The position numbers and the translations under genes are program-made. Below, one piece after another: positions 26,070 to 26,558 of a stretch of 26,558 nucleotides of DNA; the first letter of the stretch is position 1, and the number at the start of each line of letters is the position of its first letter. Source of the stretch: Candidatus Hadarchaeum sp. GTDB taxonomy: Archaea; Hadarchaeota; Hadarchaeia; Hadarchaeales; Hadarchaeaceae. Under the pieces are notes generated by a model. It was not told the origin of the DNA. It worked only from the letters and a program-made list of their open reading frames with translations, and made no database searches. The DNA is taken from the NCBI RefSeq assembly GCF_038871235.1, contig NZ_JAVZIN010000013.1, positions 1-26,558 of the forward strand. The letters run 5' to 3'.

Positions 26070-26103
26070 GTTTAAATACTTTTTTGTTGTTTAAATTTTA
26101 TTT

Positions 26104-26145
26104 TTTAAACCAGAAAGGTTTAAATATTAGAAAACCAAAGTGGTT
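26104..26145. promoter_or_regulatory. Divergent promoter with two AACC-N5-GGTT palindromic operators
   Basis: AACC-AGAAA-GGTT at 26108-26120 extends to TTTAAACC/GGTTTAAA (26104-26124). AACC-AAAGT-GGTT is at 26133-26145. BRE-TATA GAAAGGTTTAAATA is at 26113-26126. Confidence 0.65.
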
Positions 26146-26162
26146 AATGAAGGTAGTAGGAT

Positions 26163-26342
26163 ATGGTAAAAAAAGTCCCGTTGGTGGCGTTGGTCCCGCG
26201 CGAGCTGAAAACTGCGCTTGAACTTGCGATCCTCGAGAAGCACGGCGTGGTTGGGAATAAAATCAGCCCCACCGTTGAGGCCATCATCCGTGAATGGATT
26301 GAGAAGAACCGGGGTGTGATCGCGAATGAGGAGCACGGATGA
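26163..26342 (+). CDS. Small ribbon-helix-helix (CopG/Arc-like) DNA-binding protein
   Basis: Not in the ORF track (59 aa): MVKKVPLVALVPRELKTALELAILEKHGVVGNKISPTVEAIIREWIEKNRGVIANEEHG. Pattern is strand, P-helix, turn, IS..VE..IREW helix. Confidence 0.65.
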   Translation: MVKKVPLVALVPRELKTALELAILEKHGVVGNKISPTVEAIIREWIEKNRGVIANEEHG

Positions 26343-26558
26343 TCATATCTACATAGCAAACAAACCGGCGGAAGCCTACGCGGTGGCCGTGCTTACTTCT
26401 TTTAGCCACGGGATCAAACGGGTGCGCATCCAGGGGCTGGGGCAGCAGGCGGGCAAAGTGCTGGCCGTGGCCAAGCTCCTTTCCGACACGGGGCAGGCCC
26501 GGATCGTTGAAATCAAGCCCATCACCAAAGAGGGCATCAAGGGCACTCTCGCCACACT
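26326..26558 (+). CDS. Divergent Alba-like nucleic-acid-binding protein (3'-truncated by window edge)
   Basis: Not in the ORF track: MRSTDDHIYIANKPAEAYAVAVLTSFSHGIKRVRIQGLGQQAGKVLAVAKLL... follows the Alba pattern (I-G-x-KP-xxx-Y...G...V-x-I-KARG-x-AI-x-KA). SD GGGGTG lies upstream. Confidence 0.65.
   Translation, partial: MRSTDDHIYIANKPAEAYAVAVLTSFSHGIKRVRIQGLGQQAGKVLAVAKLLSDTGQARIVEIKPITKEGIKGTLAT

Larger units (their letters stand above)
23694..26558. mobile_element. Left end of a tRNA-integrated element (candidate provirus), continuing beyond the window
   Basis: tRNA-half att site in frame with a tyrosine integrase, followed by small non-housekeeping genes and a patch of markedly AT-rich sequence. 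Confidence 0.85.

Overview
This is an archaeal chromosomal window, judged from BRE/TATA promoters, GGTGA-type Shine-Dalgarno (SD) sites and archaeal-type proteins. The lineage cannot be fixed from the sequence alone, but the class III ribonucleotide reductase implies anaerobic growth. Bases 1-18100 are mostly housekeeping: a partial GNAT acetyltransferase, a CysRS-like protein lacking its anticodon-binding domain, tRNA-Glu(CTC), a surface Ig/transglutaminase-like protein, an nrdD-nrdG-dcd-thyX operon, arsC plus an AbrB-PhoU regulator divergent from pstSCAB-phoU, and pyrF/pyrE(fused)-pyrK-pyrD-pyrG. Bases 18100-23620 hold an uncharacterised Fe-S/methyl-transfer cluster: a degenerate PaaK-like ligase, two radical SAM enzymes (one Tes/TrsS-like), two Cys-rich small proteins and an MtaA/UroD-family protein. 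From about 23694 to the window end lies the left end of a tRNA-integrated element. It has a tRNA 3'-half att site inside a split SSV-type integrase, a 74-aa two-helix protein resembling spindle-shaped-virus major capsid proteins, a divergent wHTH/RHH switch with twin AACC-N5-GGTT operators, and a divergent Alba-like protein. This candidate provirus is the most interesting system. All family calls come from motif recognition, not from database searches.
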